A stretch of DNA of 64,000 nt from an uncultured Candidatus Rokubacteria bacterium (GTDB taxonomy: Bacteria; Methylomirabilota; Methylomirabilia; Rokubacteriales; CSP1-6). How positions within the stretch are numbered: position 1 is the first letter of the stretch; each line of letters starts with the position of its first letter. The translations under genes and the position numbers were made by a program. The notes under the pieces are model-generated. The model was given only the letters and a program-made list of their open reading frames with translations, had not been told where the DNA came from and searched no databases. This document shows positions 23,235 through 33,241 of the stretch, piece after piece. The stretch is from assembly GCA_963771355.1 (NCBI GenBank), contig CAVYTA010000006.1, positions 1,024,001 to 1,088,000 of the forward strand, read 5' to 3'.

Positions 23235-23663
23235 CTAGATGAACGCGCGCCAGAACAGGTGCGCCGTCCCCGCGATCATCACGAAGACGGCCGCCGCCGC
23301 CACCGGGTTCATGATCGCCAGCGCCAGCAGGATGCAGAGGAGGATGAAGCATGCGCAGTAGAAGCGGAGCTCGCGCTTGTCCACCCACCCGCCCTTGCCC
23401 ACCAGCAGCAGGCTGCGGGCGGCGAGGTATACCGGCGAGTAGAGGAGGAAGAAGGCCACGAACAGGCCCGATAGCGCCAGGATGCCGCTCAGGGCGCCCA
23501 CGACGCCCCACACCGCCCAGGGAAAGAGCGACTGCTCGCCACCGTCGGCCAAAGAATGCGGGATGACCTCGGGGCGGAAATAGACGTACAGCAGCGCGAT
23601 GGTATAGAGCGGCAAGACGATCTCGAGCCACAGGCGATAGCGGCTGTTGAGCCCAGTATCCAT
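23235..23663 (-). CDS. Hypothetical membrane protein (about 4 TM)
   Basis: Hydrophobic segments; SD GGAGG before MDTG. Confidence 0.7.
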   Translation of the reverse strand: MDTGLNSRYRLWLEIVLPLYTIALLYVYFRPEVIPHSLADGGEQSLFPWAVWGVVGALSGILALSGLFVAFFLLYSPVYLAARSLLLVGKGGWVDKRELRFYCACFILLCILLALAIMNPVAAAAVFVMIAGTAHLFWRAFI

Positions 23664-23708
23664 GGCAACGTTCCTCCGAGAAGATGGCCCTGCGTGCCTC
23701 CTTCCAAC

Positions 23709-23723
23709 GCACGCGGCGTGCCA
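23709..23723 (-). promoter_or_regulatory. Sigma54 -24/-12 motif
   Basis: TGGCACGCCGCGTGC (GG-N10-GC), 45 bp upstream of ATG 23663. Confidence 0.6.
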
Positions 23724-23842
23724 CGTCGCCGAGCTCCAGAACGAGTGTGTTTTCCCGGGGTTACACGATTGGTGCAAACGCTGCGTGTCAAGGAGGGGAC
23801 GACGTTCGGGTACAGGGCGTCACGCTGTCGGCAGTCCCTGTC

Positions 23843-24850
23843 CTAGAGGAGAAACCCGCCTGGAAACGGATCGCGTGGATCCAGCACGAGGGTGGACCGC
23901 GCCATGGCCCACGCCCGCCCGGTGACCTCGGGAACGATCGCGGGTATCCCGCCCACCTGGGTCTCTCCCGCGATACAGCCGGTGAACAGCGTCCCGATGA
24001 TGGACTCGTGGCCGAACGGCTCGCCCACCGCGAGCGTGCCCCGCGCGTGGAGATTCGCGAGACGCGCCGAGGTCCCGGTGCCGCAGGGTGACCGGTCCAG
24101 GCCGGCCGGCGCCACCACCACCGCGTTGCGCAGGCGCGCGTCGGCGCGCCGGGCCGGCTCGAAGAACTGGATGTAGAGCAGGCCGCGCGCGTCCGGCATC
24201 TCCGGGTGCACCAGCGGCACCTCGGCCTCGATGCGCGCCCGGATCCGCTCGCCGGCGGCGATGATGCGCGACGCCTCCGCGGGCTCGAGCGCGAGACCCA
24301 CCGCCCCCGCCGGGACCATGGCGTAGAAGTGGCCGCCGTAGGCGAGGTCGAACGGGACGCGCCCGAGACCCGGCACCTCGATGGCGGCGTCCAGCCGCAC
24401 CGAGAAGGCGGGGACGTTTCTGATCGTGGCCGAGGCCGATCGGCCGGCCTCGTGACGGACACGACAGGCCACCGGACCCGCGGGCGTGTCGAGCGTGACC
24501 GCGGTCTCGGGTGGCGTCGACCGAACCCGGCCGGTGTCGACGAGCATGGTCGCCACCGCCATCGCGCCGTGACCGCACATGTGCACGGGGCCCAGCGGCT
24601 CGATGAAGAGCACGCCGGCATGCGCGCCCGGGCTCACCGGCTCCGTCAGGATGGCCGCGCACATCGCGGCATGCCCGCGCGGCTCGTAGAGGATGAATCC
24701 CATGAGGTCGCGCCCGTGCTCGGCGAGCCAGTCGCTCCGGGCCATGAGGGTGGCACCCGGCACGCGCTCGACGCCGTCCACCACGATGCGCATGGGCTCG
24801 CCCTCGGTGTGGTAGTCGAGCGCGGTGAGCTCGCGCGGGGCCGCGGTCAT
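23843..24850 (-). CDS. Proline racemase / hydroxyproline epimerase family (Cys/Cys)
   Basis: HTEGEPMR, EPRGH, MCGH, DRSPCGTGTSA. Confidence 0.92.
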   Translation of the reverse strand: MTAAPRELTALDYHTEGEPMRIVVDGVERVPGATLMARSDWLAEHGRDLMGFILYEPRGHAAMCAAILTEPVSPGAHAGVLFIEPLGPVHMCGHGAMAVATMLVDTGRVRSTPPETAVTLDTPAGPVACRVRHEAGRSASATIRNVPAFSVRLDAAIEVPGLGRVPFDLAYGGHFYAMVPAGAVGLALEPAEASRIIAAGERIRARIEAEVPLVHPEMPDARGLLYIQFFEPARRADARLRNAVVVAPAGLDRSPCGTGTSARLANLHARGTLAVGEPFGHESIIGTLFTGCIAGETQVGGIPAIVPEVTGRAWAMARSTLVLDPRDPFPGGFLL

Positions 24851-25758
24851 CGGGCGAGGTTGCGCAGCAGGAAGACCAGGTTGGCGGGACGCTCGGCGAG
24901 ACGCCGCATGAAATAGCCATACCAGTCCTCGCCGAACGGCACCAGCCGCCGGAGCCGAATCCCGCCCGCGCGCAGGCGGGCGGAGAGATCGTCGCCGATG
25001 CCGTAGAGCATCTGCAGCTCGAATGTTTCGCGAGGCGCGCCGTGCCGGGCGGCGAGCGCATGCATCCGCTCATCGTGGGTGGCGAAGGCGGGATAGGTGC
25101 CCCGGAAGAGGCTCTCGGGGGCGAGGAGGCGGCCCATGAGGCGGGCATAGTGCTCGTCCACCTCGTGGCGACTCGCGAACGCCAGCGCGGACGGCTCCCG
25201 ATAGGCGCCCTTGCAGAGCCGCACCGTCGCGCCCAGCGCGGCGAGGCGCCGGATGTCCGACTCGCTCCGGCGCAGATAGGCCTGGATCACGCACCCTACC
25301 CGTGGGAAGTCGCGCCGGAGCCGCTCCCAGATCGCGAGCGTGCGCTCGGTGTACGCGCTCTGCTCCATGTCGATCCAGACGAGGGTCCGCGCGGCCTGGG
25401 CTCGATCGAGGATCCGTCGCATGTTGGCGACGCAGACCTCGTCCCCGAGGTCGAGCCCCAGCTGCGTGAGCTTGAGGGAGGGCGTGCAGCGGAGGCCGTC
25501 TCGCGCGATCACGTCGAGGGCCTCCACGTAGACGTCGGCGGCGGCGCGGGCCGCCGCGACGGACCGGACGTTCTCGCCGAGATAGGTAAGGGCAGTGTCC
25601 AGCCCCTGCGCGTTCAACCCTCGCACCACGTCGAGGCCGTCGGCCAGGCGCGTCCCCGCCACGAAGCGGCGCACGAGACGCCGGGCCAGCGGCATCGCCG
25701 CCAGCACCCGCCCGAGAGAAGGGCGCGAGGACAGGGCAAGGAGCACGGCGCGCATCAT
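24847..25758 (-). CDS. Monofunctional proline dehydrogenase
   Basis: RRFVAG, LKLTQLG, IDME, RLCKGAY, ATHD, RRLAERP. Confidence 0.92.
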   Translation of the reverse strand: MMRAVLLALSSRPSLGRVLAAMPLARRLVRRFVAGTRLADGLDVVRGLNAQGLDTALTYLGENVRSVAAARAAADVYVEALDVIARDGLRCTPSLKLTQLGLDLGDEVCVANMRRILDRAQAARTLVWIDMEQSAYTERTLAIWERLRRDFPRVGCVIQAYLRRSESDIRRLAALGATVRLCKGAYREPSALAFASRHEVDEHYARLMGRLLAPESLFRGTYPAFATHDERMHALAARHGAPRETFELQMLYGIGDDLSARLRAGGIRLRRLVPFGEDWYGYFMRRLAERPANLVFLLRNLAR

Positions 25759-26714
25759 GGTCGGGGATCGCGGGACGAATCCGGCGCCGCCCCGCGCGCG
25801 CCCAGTATCTCACAGAGGATTCCCTCGCGGAGACTGCGGTCGCTCACGGTGAGGGCATCGAACCCGAGCCGCTCCATGACGGCGAGGCAAATCGCGATGC
25901 CGGGGATCAGCACGTCGGCGCGCCCGGGCTCGAGACCGGGCAGCGCCGCCCTCGCCGCCAGGGTGAGTCCGCCCAGTCGGGCGAGCAACCGCTCGATGGC
26001 GTCGCGCCGGAGCACATGCCCCTGCACCCGGCTCGGGTCATAGGCGGCGAGACCCAGATCCAGGGCGGCGAGCGTGGTCACCGTGCCCGCGGTGCCCACC
26101 AGACGGGTGGCGTTCACCACGCCCAGCGCCCCGGGCACGGCAGGCTCGAGCGCCGCCGCGACCTCCGCCCGCATGGCCGCCCAGCGCGCGGGGATCAGCG
26201 GCCCTCCGTCCACGTGCCGCTCCGCGAGGCCCACCACGCCCAGCCGGAGGCTCAGCGCGCGCTCCAGGCGGTCGCCCTCGGCCACCACGAACTCGGTGCT
26301 GCCGCCGCCGATGTCGAAGAGGACGAATCGGCCCCCGAGACCCGGCAGACCGGAACGCGCTCCCAGCAGGATGAGGCGCGCCTCGTCCTCACCCGAGAGC
26401 ACCTCGAGCGTCATCCCCGTGACCGACGCGACGAGCGCGACGAACTCCGCCCGGTTCGCCGCCTCCCGCACCGCGCTGGTGCCCGTGATACGCACGCGCG
26501 TGGCCCCGAGGGCCTCCGCGCGCCGGACGTAGTCGGTCACCGTGGCCGCGGTGCGTGCCATCGGCACGGGCCCCAGCGCGCCGGTGGCCGCCTGGCCCTC
26601 GCCCAGCCGGGTCACCCGCTGCGCTTCCTCCACCACCCGCCAGCCGTGGGCGGCGGTGTCCGCGACCAGCAGTCGCACGCTGTTGGTGCCGAGGTCGATG
26701 GTGGCCAGGCGCAT
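25755..26714 (-). CDS. ppx: Ppx/GppA family exopolyphosphatase (short form)
   Basis: IDLGTNS, TSAVREA, DIGGGSTE, RADV, LREG. Confidence 0.92.
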   Translation of the reverse strand: MRLATIDLGTNSVRLLVADTAAHGWRVVEEAQRVTRLGEGQAATGALGPVPMARTAATVTDYVRRAEALGATRVRITGTSAVREAANRAEFVALVASVTGMTLEVLSGEDEARLILLGARSGLPGLGGRFVLFDIGGGSTEFVVAEGDRLERALSLRLGVVGLAERHVDGGPLIPARWAAMRAEVAAALEPAVPGALGVVNATRLVGTAGTVTTLAALDLGLAAYDPSRVQGHVLRRDAIERLLARLGGLTLAARAALPGLEPGRADVLIPGIAICLAVMERLGFDALTVSDRSLREGILCEILGARGAAPDSSRDPRP

Positions 26715-26737
26715 GCCCGAGCCGTGCGGCGATCAGG

Positions 26738-29068
26738 TCAGCGGCGGAGACGGAGCGCGTCGTCGAGGATCGAGAGCACGCGCTCGAGGCGGAAGGGCTT
26801 GACCAGGGTGAGATCGACGCCGCTCTCGGAGAGGAGGGTCGGATCCAGCAGATGCCCCCAGCCCGTGATGAGCACCACCGGGGTCCCGGCACGCATCCGC
26901 TTGACCGCGCGCGCCACGTCCAGCCCGGAGCGCTCGGGGAGCGAGAGATCGGTGAGCACCACGTCGAACTCGCCGCCCTGGAAGCGCGCCAGGCCGGCGA
27001 GGCCGTCGGCGGCGAACTCCACCCGATGGCCGGCGCGCCGGAGCGCATCCACCAGCATCTCGCGGATCTGTGGCTCGTCCTCGAGGACGAGGATACGGGC
27101 CGGCCCGGACGGGCGCGCGGGCGCCTCACGCACGGCGGTCTCCGCGGCGCGGGCAGGCGCGGCGGCCGGCGGAGCGGCGCCCGCGGCCGGGAGCCACACG
27201 CGCACCGTGGTGCTTCGCCCCTCCTCGCTCGTCACCTCCACCCGGCCCCGGTGCCGGCCGACGGTACCGTGCACCACGGAGAGCCCGAGCCCGGTGCGCA
27301 GCGGCGAGCGGGTCGAGAAGAAGGGCTCGAAGATGCGGCGGCGCACCTCCTCCGACATCCCCTCGCCGGTGTCGGTCACCGTCAGCTCCACTCCGCCCCC
27401 GCGCGGCCGCGTGGAAAGCCCGAGCTGGCCGCCCCGCGGCATCGCGTCGATGGCGTTGAGGACGAGGTTGGTGACGACCTCGCGGAGCTCGGCGGCATTG
27501 CCCCGCACCGCGGGCGCAGCCTCGAGATCCGTGGTGACCTCGATCCGCACGCCGCGCGCCTCGGCCTCGTCCTTCCACAGCCCGCGGGTGAGCGTGACCG
27601 CGTCGTGCACCAGCGCATTCACGTCGATGGGCCCGATGCTGTCCTCGAGGCGCGTGGCGGCAAACCCCTGCAGGCGCCGGATGATGTCGGCGGCACGCCA
27701 GGCCGCCTCCTCGACGTGGCCCAGGCCCTCGCGCACGGTCTCGTCCGCCGACCGCGCCAGGAGGAGCTGGGTCTTGCCGAGGATGATGGCGAGGATATTG
27801 TTGAACTCGTGCGCGATGCCGCCCGCCATGCCGCCGAGCGCGCGCGCCTTCTCCGTCTGTACGAGCCGCTCCTGCGCGGCCTTCACGGTGTCCAGCGCGG
27901 CCTGCACGTCGCCGTAGAGCCGCTCGTTCTCCACCGCGAGAGCGGCGAGGCAGGCGAGCGCCTGCGCCGCCTCGACTTCGTCGGCGGAGAAGTCACGGGG
28001 TCGGCCGTCGGCGAGATACAGCGCGCCCACCGTACGGTCGTGGATGCGGAGCGGCACGAGGAGGCAGCCCCGGAGCCCCAGGGTCACCAGGAACTCCTCC
28101 ACCGCGCCCTCGCGCTCGCGCACGTCCCGGCAGGCGACCGGCCGCTGGGCCGCCGCCATCTCCTCCGCCAGCCCCGTCCCCATGTCCGCGGCCCAGTCCG
28201 CCGCGCTCTCCGGCGGCAGGCCGGCGGCGGCGGCAAGCGCCAGCCGCGTCGCCCCCTCGGTGAGGCCGAGCGTGGCCACGCGCACGTCGAGGAGCCGGCT
28301 GCCCACCTCACAGGCCCGCGTGAGGGTGTCGGCGAGATCGCGTCCCACCACCGCCTGGCCCGAGAACACCTGCAGCTCGCGCAGCCGCGCGAGGTGATCG
28401 GCGGCCCGGTCCATGAGCCGCTGATGGGCGAACGCGGTGGCCACCCGATCCGCGATCACCAGGAGGAGCATGGTGTCCTCGGGAGTGAAGGGCACGCCGC
28501 GGCCGCGCCGACCCGCGAAGAGCACTCCCACCACCTGGCCGTCGGCACGGACCGGCACCGCGAGCGCGTCACGGACGGGAAAGCGTGCGATGAAGGGATC
28601 GCGCGGTGCGGTGTCGGGCGGTCGCGTGTAGATGAGCGGGCGCCCCTCGAGAAATGTCCGGCCGATGAGGCCTTCGCCCGGCGGGCTCTCGAGCCCGGCG
28701 AGATCGTCGCGACGGAACCCGCGGGCGGCCGCCGCAACGAGCAGGCTCCGCTCGGGGTCCACGACGAAGAGCATGGCGCGGTCGGCGTCGAGCAGGCGGG
28801 CCCCGCGGTCCATCGTCAGGCTGAACACCTCGCTGGGCGTGGAGCCGGACGAGGGCACGGCCAGGATCTCCTGGAGGCCGGCCAGCGCCTTGGGATCCAC
28901 CGGCAGGACAGCGTCGGCGGCGGCGGGCGGCTCGGGCACCGAGGCCGTGTCGCCGGACTCGAGCTCCCGGAGTCGCTCGCGAAGCGCGTCGAGCGTCCGG
29001 GTGATCTCCGCGATCGACTGCTGGACAGCCGGAGACTGCGGTTCTCCCGAGGTCGGCACGGCGCTCAT
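26738..29068 (-). CDS. Cytoplasmic hybrid histidine kinase GAF-GAF-HisKA-HATPase-REC
   Basis: Two GAF-like regions, AHEFNN H-box, NAIDAM, DTGEGM, GLGL, REC VLTDLSLP/KPF. Confidence 0.9.
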   Translation of the reverse strand: MSAVPTSGEPQSPAVQQSIAEITRTLDALRERLRELESGDTASVPEPPAAADAVLPVDPKALAGLQEILAVPSSGSTPSEVFSLTMDRGARLLDADRAMLFVVDPERSLLVAAAARGFRRDDLAGLESPPGEGLIGRTFLEGRPLIYTRPPDTAPRDPFIARFPVRDALAVPVRADGQVVGVLFAGRRGRGVPFTPEDTMLLLVIADRVATAFAHQRLMDRAADHLARLRELQVFSGQAVVGRDLADTLTRACEVGSRLLDVRVATLGLTEGATRLALAAAAGLPPESAADWAADMGTGLAEEMAAAQRPVACRDVREREGAVEEFLVTLGLRGCLLVPLRIHDRTVGALYLADGRPRDFSADEVEAAQALACLAALAVENERLYGDVQAALDTVKAAQERLVQTEKARALGGMAGGIAHEFNNILAIILGKTQLLLARSADETVREGLGHVEEAAWRAADIIRRLQGFAATRLEDSIGPIDVNALVHDAVTLTRGLWKDEAEARGVRIEVTTDLEAAPAVRGNAAELREVVTNLVLNAIDAMPRGGQLGLSTRPRGGGVELTVTDTGEGMSEEVRRRIFEPFFSTRSPLRTGLGLSVVHGTVGRHRGRVEVTSEEGRSTTVRVWLPAAGAAPPAAAPARAAETAVREAPARPSGPARILVLEDEPQIREMLVDALRRAGHRVEFAADGLAGLARFQGGEFDVVLTDLSLPERSGLDVARAVKRMRAGTPVVLITGWGHLLDPTLLSESGVDLTLVKPFRLERVLSILDDALRLRR

Positions 29069-29126
29069 CGGGACTTCCGGGCGCGCTGACGCGTCAAGGC
29101 CTTGGTCATTGAAAGCCAAGCTCTTA

Positions 29127-29143
29127 AGCAGCGGCCATGCCAA
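29127..29143 (-). promoter_or_regulatory. Sigma54 -24/-12 motif upstream of the hybrid kinase
   Basis: TTGGCATGGCCGCTGCT (GG-N10-GC), about 60 bp before ATG 29068, in an AT-richer gap. Confidence 0.6.
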
Positions 29144-29295
29144 ACGGGTGACGCGCGCATGTATACGGCTAACCCATTGATTCCTGGAGCCCAGGGTCCG
29201 CGACACTTTGTGCGAGAGGGTAGCTCCACGAGACCGGGGGCGAAATCGTAAGATTCTTCGACTCTTGCCCCGAGGCGCCGTCCACCGAGGTCCAG

Positions 29296-29700
29296 CTAAT
29301 TCGCCTTGAGTGAGCGAATGTAGTGGACGATGGCCCAGCGGTCGGTTTCGGGGAGGTGCTTCCACGGCGGCATGGCGCCGCGCCCAGTAGAGATCTTCCA
29401 GAAGATCTCGCCGTCCGACTCGGACTGCGCCGCCGGCGAGGTCCAATCAGCCGGCTTGGGATTGAGGGCCGCTGCCGCCGCGCCGTCACCCTTGCCGCCG
29501 GTCCCGTGACAGGCCACACAGTTGAGCTGCGCGACCTGCCTTCCCCGAGCGACGACATCCGCGCCGGGCGGGACGGGATTCTTTCGCGCCTTCTCCACGG
29601 CGGGGGCTTCCCACGCGCCTTGCGCCCCCGCGGTCAGGGGGCCGAGGAGCCCGACCGCGACGGCGGCCGCGGCGACCCGACGCTTGAGACGCTCGTGCAT
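29296..29700 (-). CDS. Monoheme c-type cytochrome
   Basis: Signal peptide, CVACH, distal GRGAMPPW. Confidence 0.92.
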   Translation of the reverse strand: MHERLKRRVAAAAVAVGLLGPLTAGAQGAWEAPAVEKARKNPVPPGADVVARGRQVAQLNCVACHGTGGKGDGAAAAALNPKPADWTSPAAQSESDGEIFWKISTGRGAMPPWKHLPETDRWAIVHYIRSLKAN

Positions 29701-29889
29701 TTCATTCTCCCGAAGCTGACCGTCGCGCCGCGACCGTGGCGCGCGTGAGTGGCGTGACGACGTTCACGACCGCGGCCATTAGACACCACGTCTTCCGAGG
29801 CGGTCAAGGGTCGGCGCCGGTCCGCGCACGGCCCCCTGTGCTATGGTGTCGAATCGCCCGGCGCAGAAACCGATCGGATGGGAGGTCGC

Positions 29890-31230
29890 ATGGCGGAGGC
29901 AGCGGGAGGGCACGCGGTGGGACACGTCGTCGCCGTGATCGGCGCCGGCCCGGCGGGACTCTTCGCCGCCCGGGCGCTCGCCGCGCAGGGCTGTCGCGTC
30001 CTCCTGCTCAACCGCGACGTCAAGCCCGGCGGGCTCGCCGAGTACGGGATCTTCCTCAATAAGTACAAGATGAAGACGGGGCTGCGGCGGCAGTTCCAGA
30101 AAATCCTCTCCGATCCGCGGGTCACTTATCTCGGGAACGTGACGGTGGCGGACGGCGGGGCCCTCACCGTCGGCGAGCTCCGCGCCCTCGGCTTCGACGC
30201 GCTCGTCTTCGCGATCGGCGCGCAGGGCACCAAGTACCTGGGCATCGAGGGCGAGCGGCTCCCGGGCGTCTACCATGCCAAGGATCTCGTCTATCACTAC
30301 AACCGCCTGCCACCCTTCAGCGAGCAGTCCTACCCCATGGGCCGGCGCGTGGCCATCGTGGGGGTGGGGAACGTCATGGTGGACATCGCGAACTACTGCG
30401 TCCATTTCTGTGATTGCGACGCGGTGATCGCGGTCGCGCGCCGCGGCCCCTTCGAGAAGGCGTACGACGACCGCGAGTTCGAAGACATCGAGGACGCCTT
30501 CGACCGCGACCTCTATCGCCAGGAGATCGCCCGCATCCGACCCCGGCTGGAGGCCGCCGGCCAGGATCCCGACGAGCTGCTGCGCGCGCTGGGCCAGCGC
30601 CCCGAGTCCGAGACGCAGACCCGTGCGCGCCTGTCCTTCCGCTTCTTCGCCTCGCCGAAGCGGGTGGTGGCGGAGGGCGGCCGCGTGACGGGCCTGGAGG
30701 TCGAGGAAACGCGGCTCGAGCGAAAGGGCGACCGGGTCAACGCCGTCGGCACCGGCCAGATGAGCGTGATCCCGTGCGATACGGTGGTGTTCGCGGTGGG
30801 TGACCGCGTGGATCCTGCCGCGGGACTCCCCTACAAGGACGGTCTCTACCTGACCGTGCCCGGCGAGGACCCCGCCGGCGCCTATCAGGTCTGGGATCCC
30901 GTGGCCGAGCGCCCGATGGAGGACGTGTACGTGGTCGGCTGGGCCCGCCGGGCCAGCGACGGCGTCGTGGGACGGGCCCGTCTCGACGCCGAAACCGGCA
31001 TCAAGTACGTCCTCTCGCGGCTGGCGTCGAACGCGCCGCGGCCGGGCGCGGAGGCGGAGCGCGTGATGGCAGCAGTGGTCGACACGCTCAAGGCGCGCGG
31101 CGTCCCCGCGGTGCCCTACACGGACGTGGCCCGGATCGAGGCGGTCGAGCGGGAGCGCGCGAAGGAGCTCGGCGTCGAGGAGTTCAAGTTCGCCAGCAAC
31201 CGCGAGATGCTCGAGGTCCTGCGCGGCTAA
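29890..31230 (+). CDS. Ferredoxin--NADP reductase-like (adrenodoxin reductase/FprA type) flavoprotein
   Basis: GAGPAG, GGLAEYG, GVGNVMVD, RRGP, VVGWARR; SD GGAGG. Confidence 0.82.
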   Translation: MAEAAGGHAVGHVVAVIGAGPAGLFAARALAAQGCRVLLLNRDVKPGGLAEYGIFLNKYKMKTGLRRQFQKILSDPRVTYLGNVTVADGGALTVGELRALGFDALVFAIGAQGTKYLGIEGERLPGVYHAKDLVYHYNRLPPFSEQSYPMGRRVAIVGVGNVMVDIANYCVHFCDCDAVIAVARRGPFEKAYDDREFEDIEDAFDRDLYRQEIARIRPRLEAAGQDPDELLRALGQRPESETQTRARLSFRFFASPKRVVAEGGRVTGLEVEETRLERKGDRVNAVGTGQMSVIPCDTVVFAVGDRVDPAAGLPYKDGLYLTVPGEDPAGAYQVWDPVAERPMEDVYVVGWARRASDGVVGRARLDAETGIKYVLSRLASNAPRPGAEAERVMAAVVDTLKARGVPAVPYTDVARIEAVERERAKELGVEEFKFASNREMLEVLRG

Positions 31231-32796
31231 CCGCGATCCGGCGCGCCCGCGCGGGCGCGCCGGTCGGCGAGCAAGAGCAGCACCGCCCCCGCGAGCCCGT
31301 AGGCGCCCGCCACTCGCAGCGCGGCCCCCGTCCCCGGAGCCCCCGGCCAGAAGAGCGCGCCGCTCGGCAGCGGCGAGTGGATGATGCCGACCAGCGCGGC
31401 GAGGCTCGCGGTCCCGAAGATCGCGGCGGCCGCCGCCAGCCGACGCTCCACGATGGCGACGAGCACCGAGCCCCAGAGCAATGCGGTCACGATGAAGCCA
31501 TTGCCCAGGACGAGGAGGCCGTCCCAGGCAAGACGGGTGGCGCCCACAAGGTCACCCGGCGCCTTGCCCACGCCGGCCAGGAGAACGCCGCCCTGGATGA
31601 GCACGAGCGCCGCCACCGCGGGGATGAAGGAGATGGCCACCGCGGCCGCGTGGCGGGGCGGCGAGGCCACGAAGGCCTGGGCGGTGATCTCCAGCCCGAT
31701 GAAGATCAGGATGGGCGCCACCGCCGCTTCGGGGAGGAGGCTGACGAGGAGCGAGACCACTCCCAGCGCGGCGCCGCCGCCGATCACGAGGCCGGTGGCG
31801 AGGGTATAGCCGGCCCGCGCGCCCATCGCCTTGTATGCGGGATGCCCGATGTACGGCGTGTTCTGCACCACGCCGCCACAGAAGCCCGCCGCCATGGTGG
31901 CGAGGGCTTCGGTCAGGAGAATGTCGCGAGCGCGGTACTCGTCTCCGGCGGCCGCCGCCGACTCGGTGTTGTCGATGCCGCCGATCACGGTGGCCAGCGC
32001 GAAAGGCATGGCCAGGGCTAGATAGGGACCGACGTTGTCGAGCGCGCCCATCCACGCGAGGGTCGGCCACGGCAGCGCGAAACGCAGGCCGGCCAACGGC
32101 GCGGCCAGCACGTCCGTCGCCCCCGCCCCACCGAGGAGCGCGCGCCCCCAGAACACCAGGGTGCCCGCCAGCACCGCCGCGAAGGCGCCGGGAAGGCCAC
32201 CGGGCAGCCGCACGCGGCCGACGAGCGTCACCAGCACGACCGTGAGCGAGATCAGCCCCACCAGTGGATCGCCGAACACCTTGAGCGCGGGCAAGAACGC
32301 GATCAGGAGCGTCGCCACCCCGGCGATGGAGCCGAGCAGCGCCGCGCGGGGCACCACGCGTCGCGCCCAGTCTCCCGCAAAGGCGAGCGCCAGCTTGAAC
32401 AACCCCATGGCGATGGTGACCGCCATGCCGATCTTCCAGGCCAGGACGGCATCGCCGGTGACGAGCTTGGCCGGGCCCAGCACGCCGAACACCATGCCGA
32501 AGAGGGACGGTGTGTCGATCCCGAACGGCATGGCGGTGACGTCGGCGCGGCCCGTCCGCCGCATGAGCGCGCGCGCGAGCCAGGTGTAGGTGAGGTCGCC
32601 GAGGAGGACTCCCGCCGCGGTGCCCGGCACCATCACGTAGAGCACGAGGTCGGCGGGAAAGCCGAACACCCCGATGAGGAGGCTCGACAGGATGACCAGC
32701 TGGGTCAGGTTGTCGAGGGCGAGACCGAAGAACGCGTTCCAGTCGCCGGGGGCATACCACCGTATCCGCTCGTCTCGCCGCTCGACGCGCGCTCAT
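31227..32796 (-). CDS. NCS2/AzgA-like nucleobase permease; probable start ATG 32796 with a +1 frameshift near 32791
   Basis: Frame continues upstream of the track start as RWYAPGDWNAFFGLALDNL; TAMPFGIDTP, YIGHPAYK motifs; many TMs. Confidence 0.78.
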
Positions 32797-32853
32797 CTCG
32801 CCGAACTCGACGCCCGCTCGTCTCGCCGCTCGACGCGCCTCATCTCGCCGAGC
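32767..32853. repeat. 2x about 47-bp tandem duplication spanning the permease start
   Basis: cgctcgtctcgccgctcgacgcgc(g)ctcatctcgccga occurs twice. Confidence 0.85.
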
Positions 32854-32901
32854 TCGGATCCCGCTTGTGGCGCCAGTCAGGCGGGCGTGGCGCGGGGCGG
32901 G

Positions 32902-33219
32902 TCACGCGGAGCGACGCTCCTCACGCTCCTCGGCGATGAGCCCGCGCGCCAGCTCGCGCACCCGGCGGGCGAGCGCGTCGCACCACGCCAGGTCCCCGCG
33001 ATGCGCGGAGCCATCCGCGAAGTCGAGCTCCAGGGGCGGTGCCCCGGGCGGCGGGAGCACCCGCTTCCCCAGCCGCAGCCGCACCCCGTAGCTCCGGTTC
33101 TCTCGCTCGCCTTCCGCCTCCACGATCGCCTCCACCCGCGGGCTCTCGCGCTTGGCGTGCGAGGTCACGAAGTTGGCGAGCCAGCGTGCGACTTCCCCGT
33201 AGTCACCGCCTGAGAACAT
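32902..33219 (-). CDS. Hypothetical protein (105 aa)
   Basis: SD GAGGAG, normal composition, follows nrdJ. Confidence 0.7.
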   Translation of the reverse strand: MFSGGDYGEVARWLANFVTSHAKRESPRVEAIVEAEGERENRSYGVRLRLGKRVLPPPGAPPLELDFADGSAHRGDLAWCDALARRVRELARGLIAEEREERRSA

Positions 33220-33241
33220 TGCCGGGCTCCTCTCGCCTTAC

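Noticed and set aside
32793..32795. In-frame TGA upstream of the permease as selenocysteine or readthrough
   Set aside because: Not at a Cys-type motif; explained by the 47-bp duplication.
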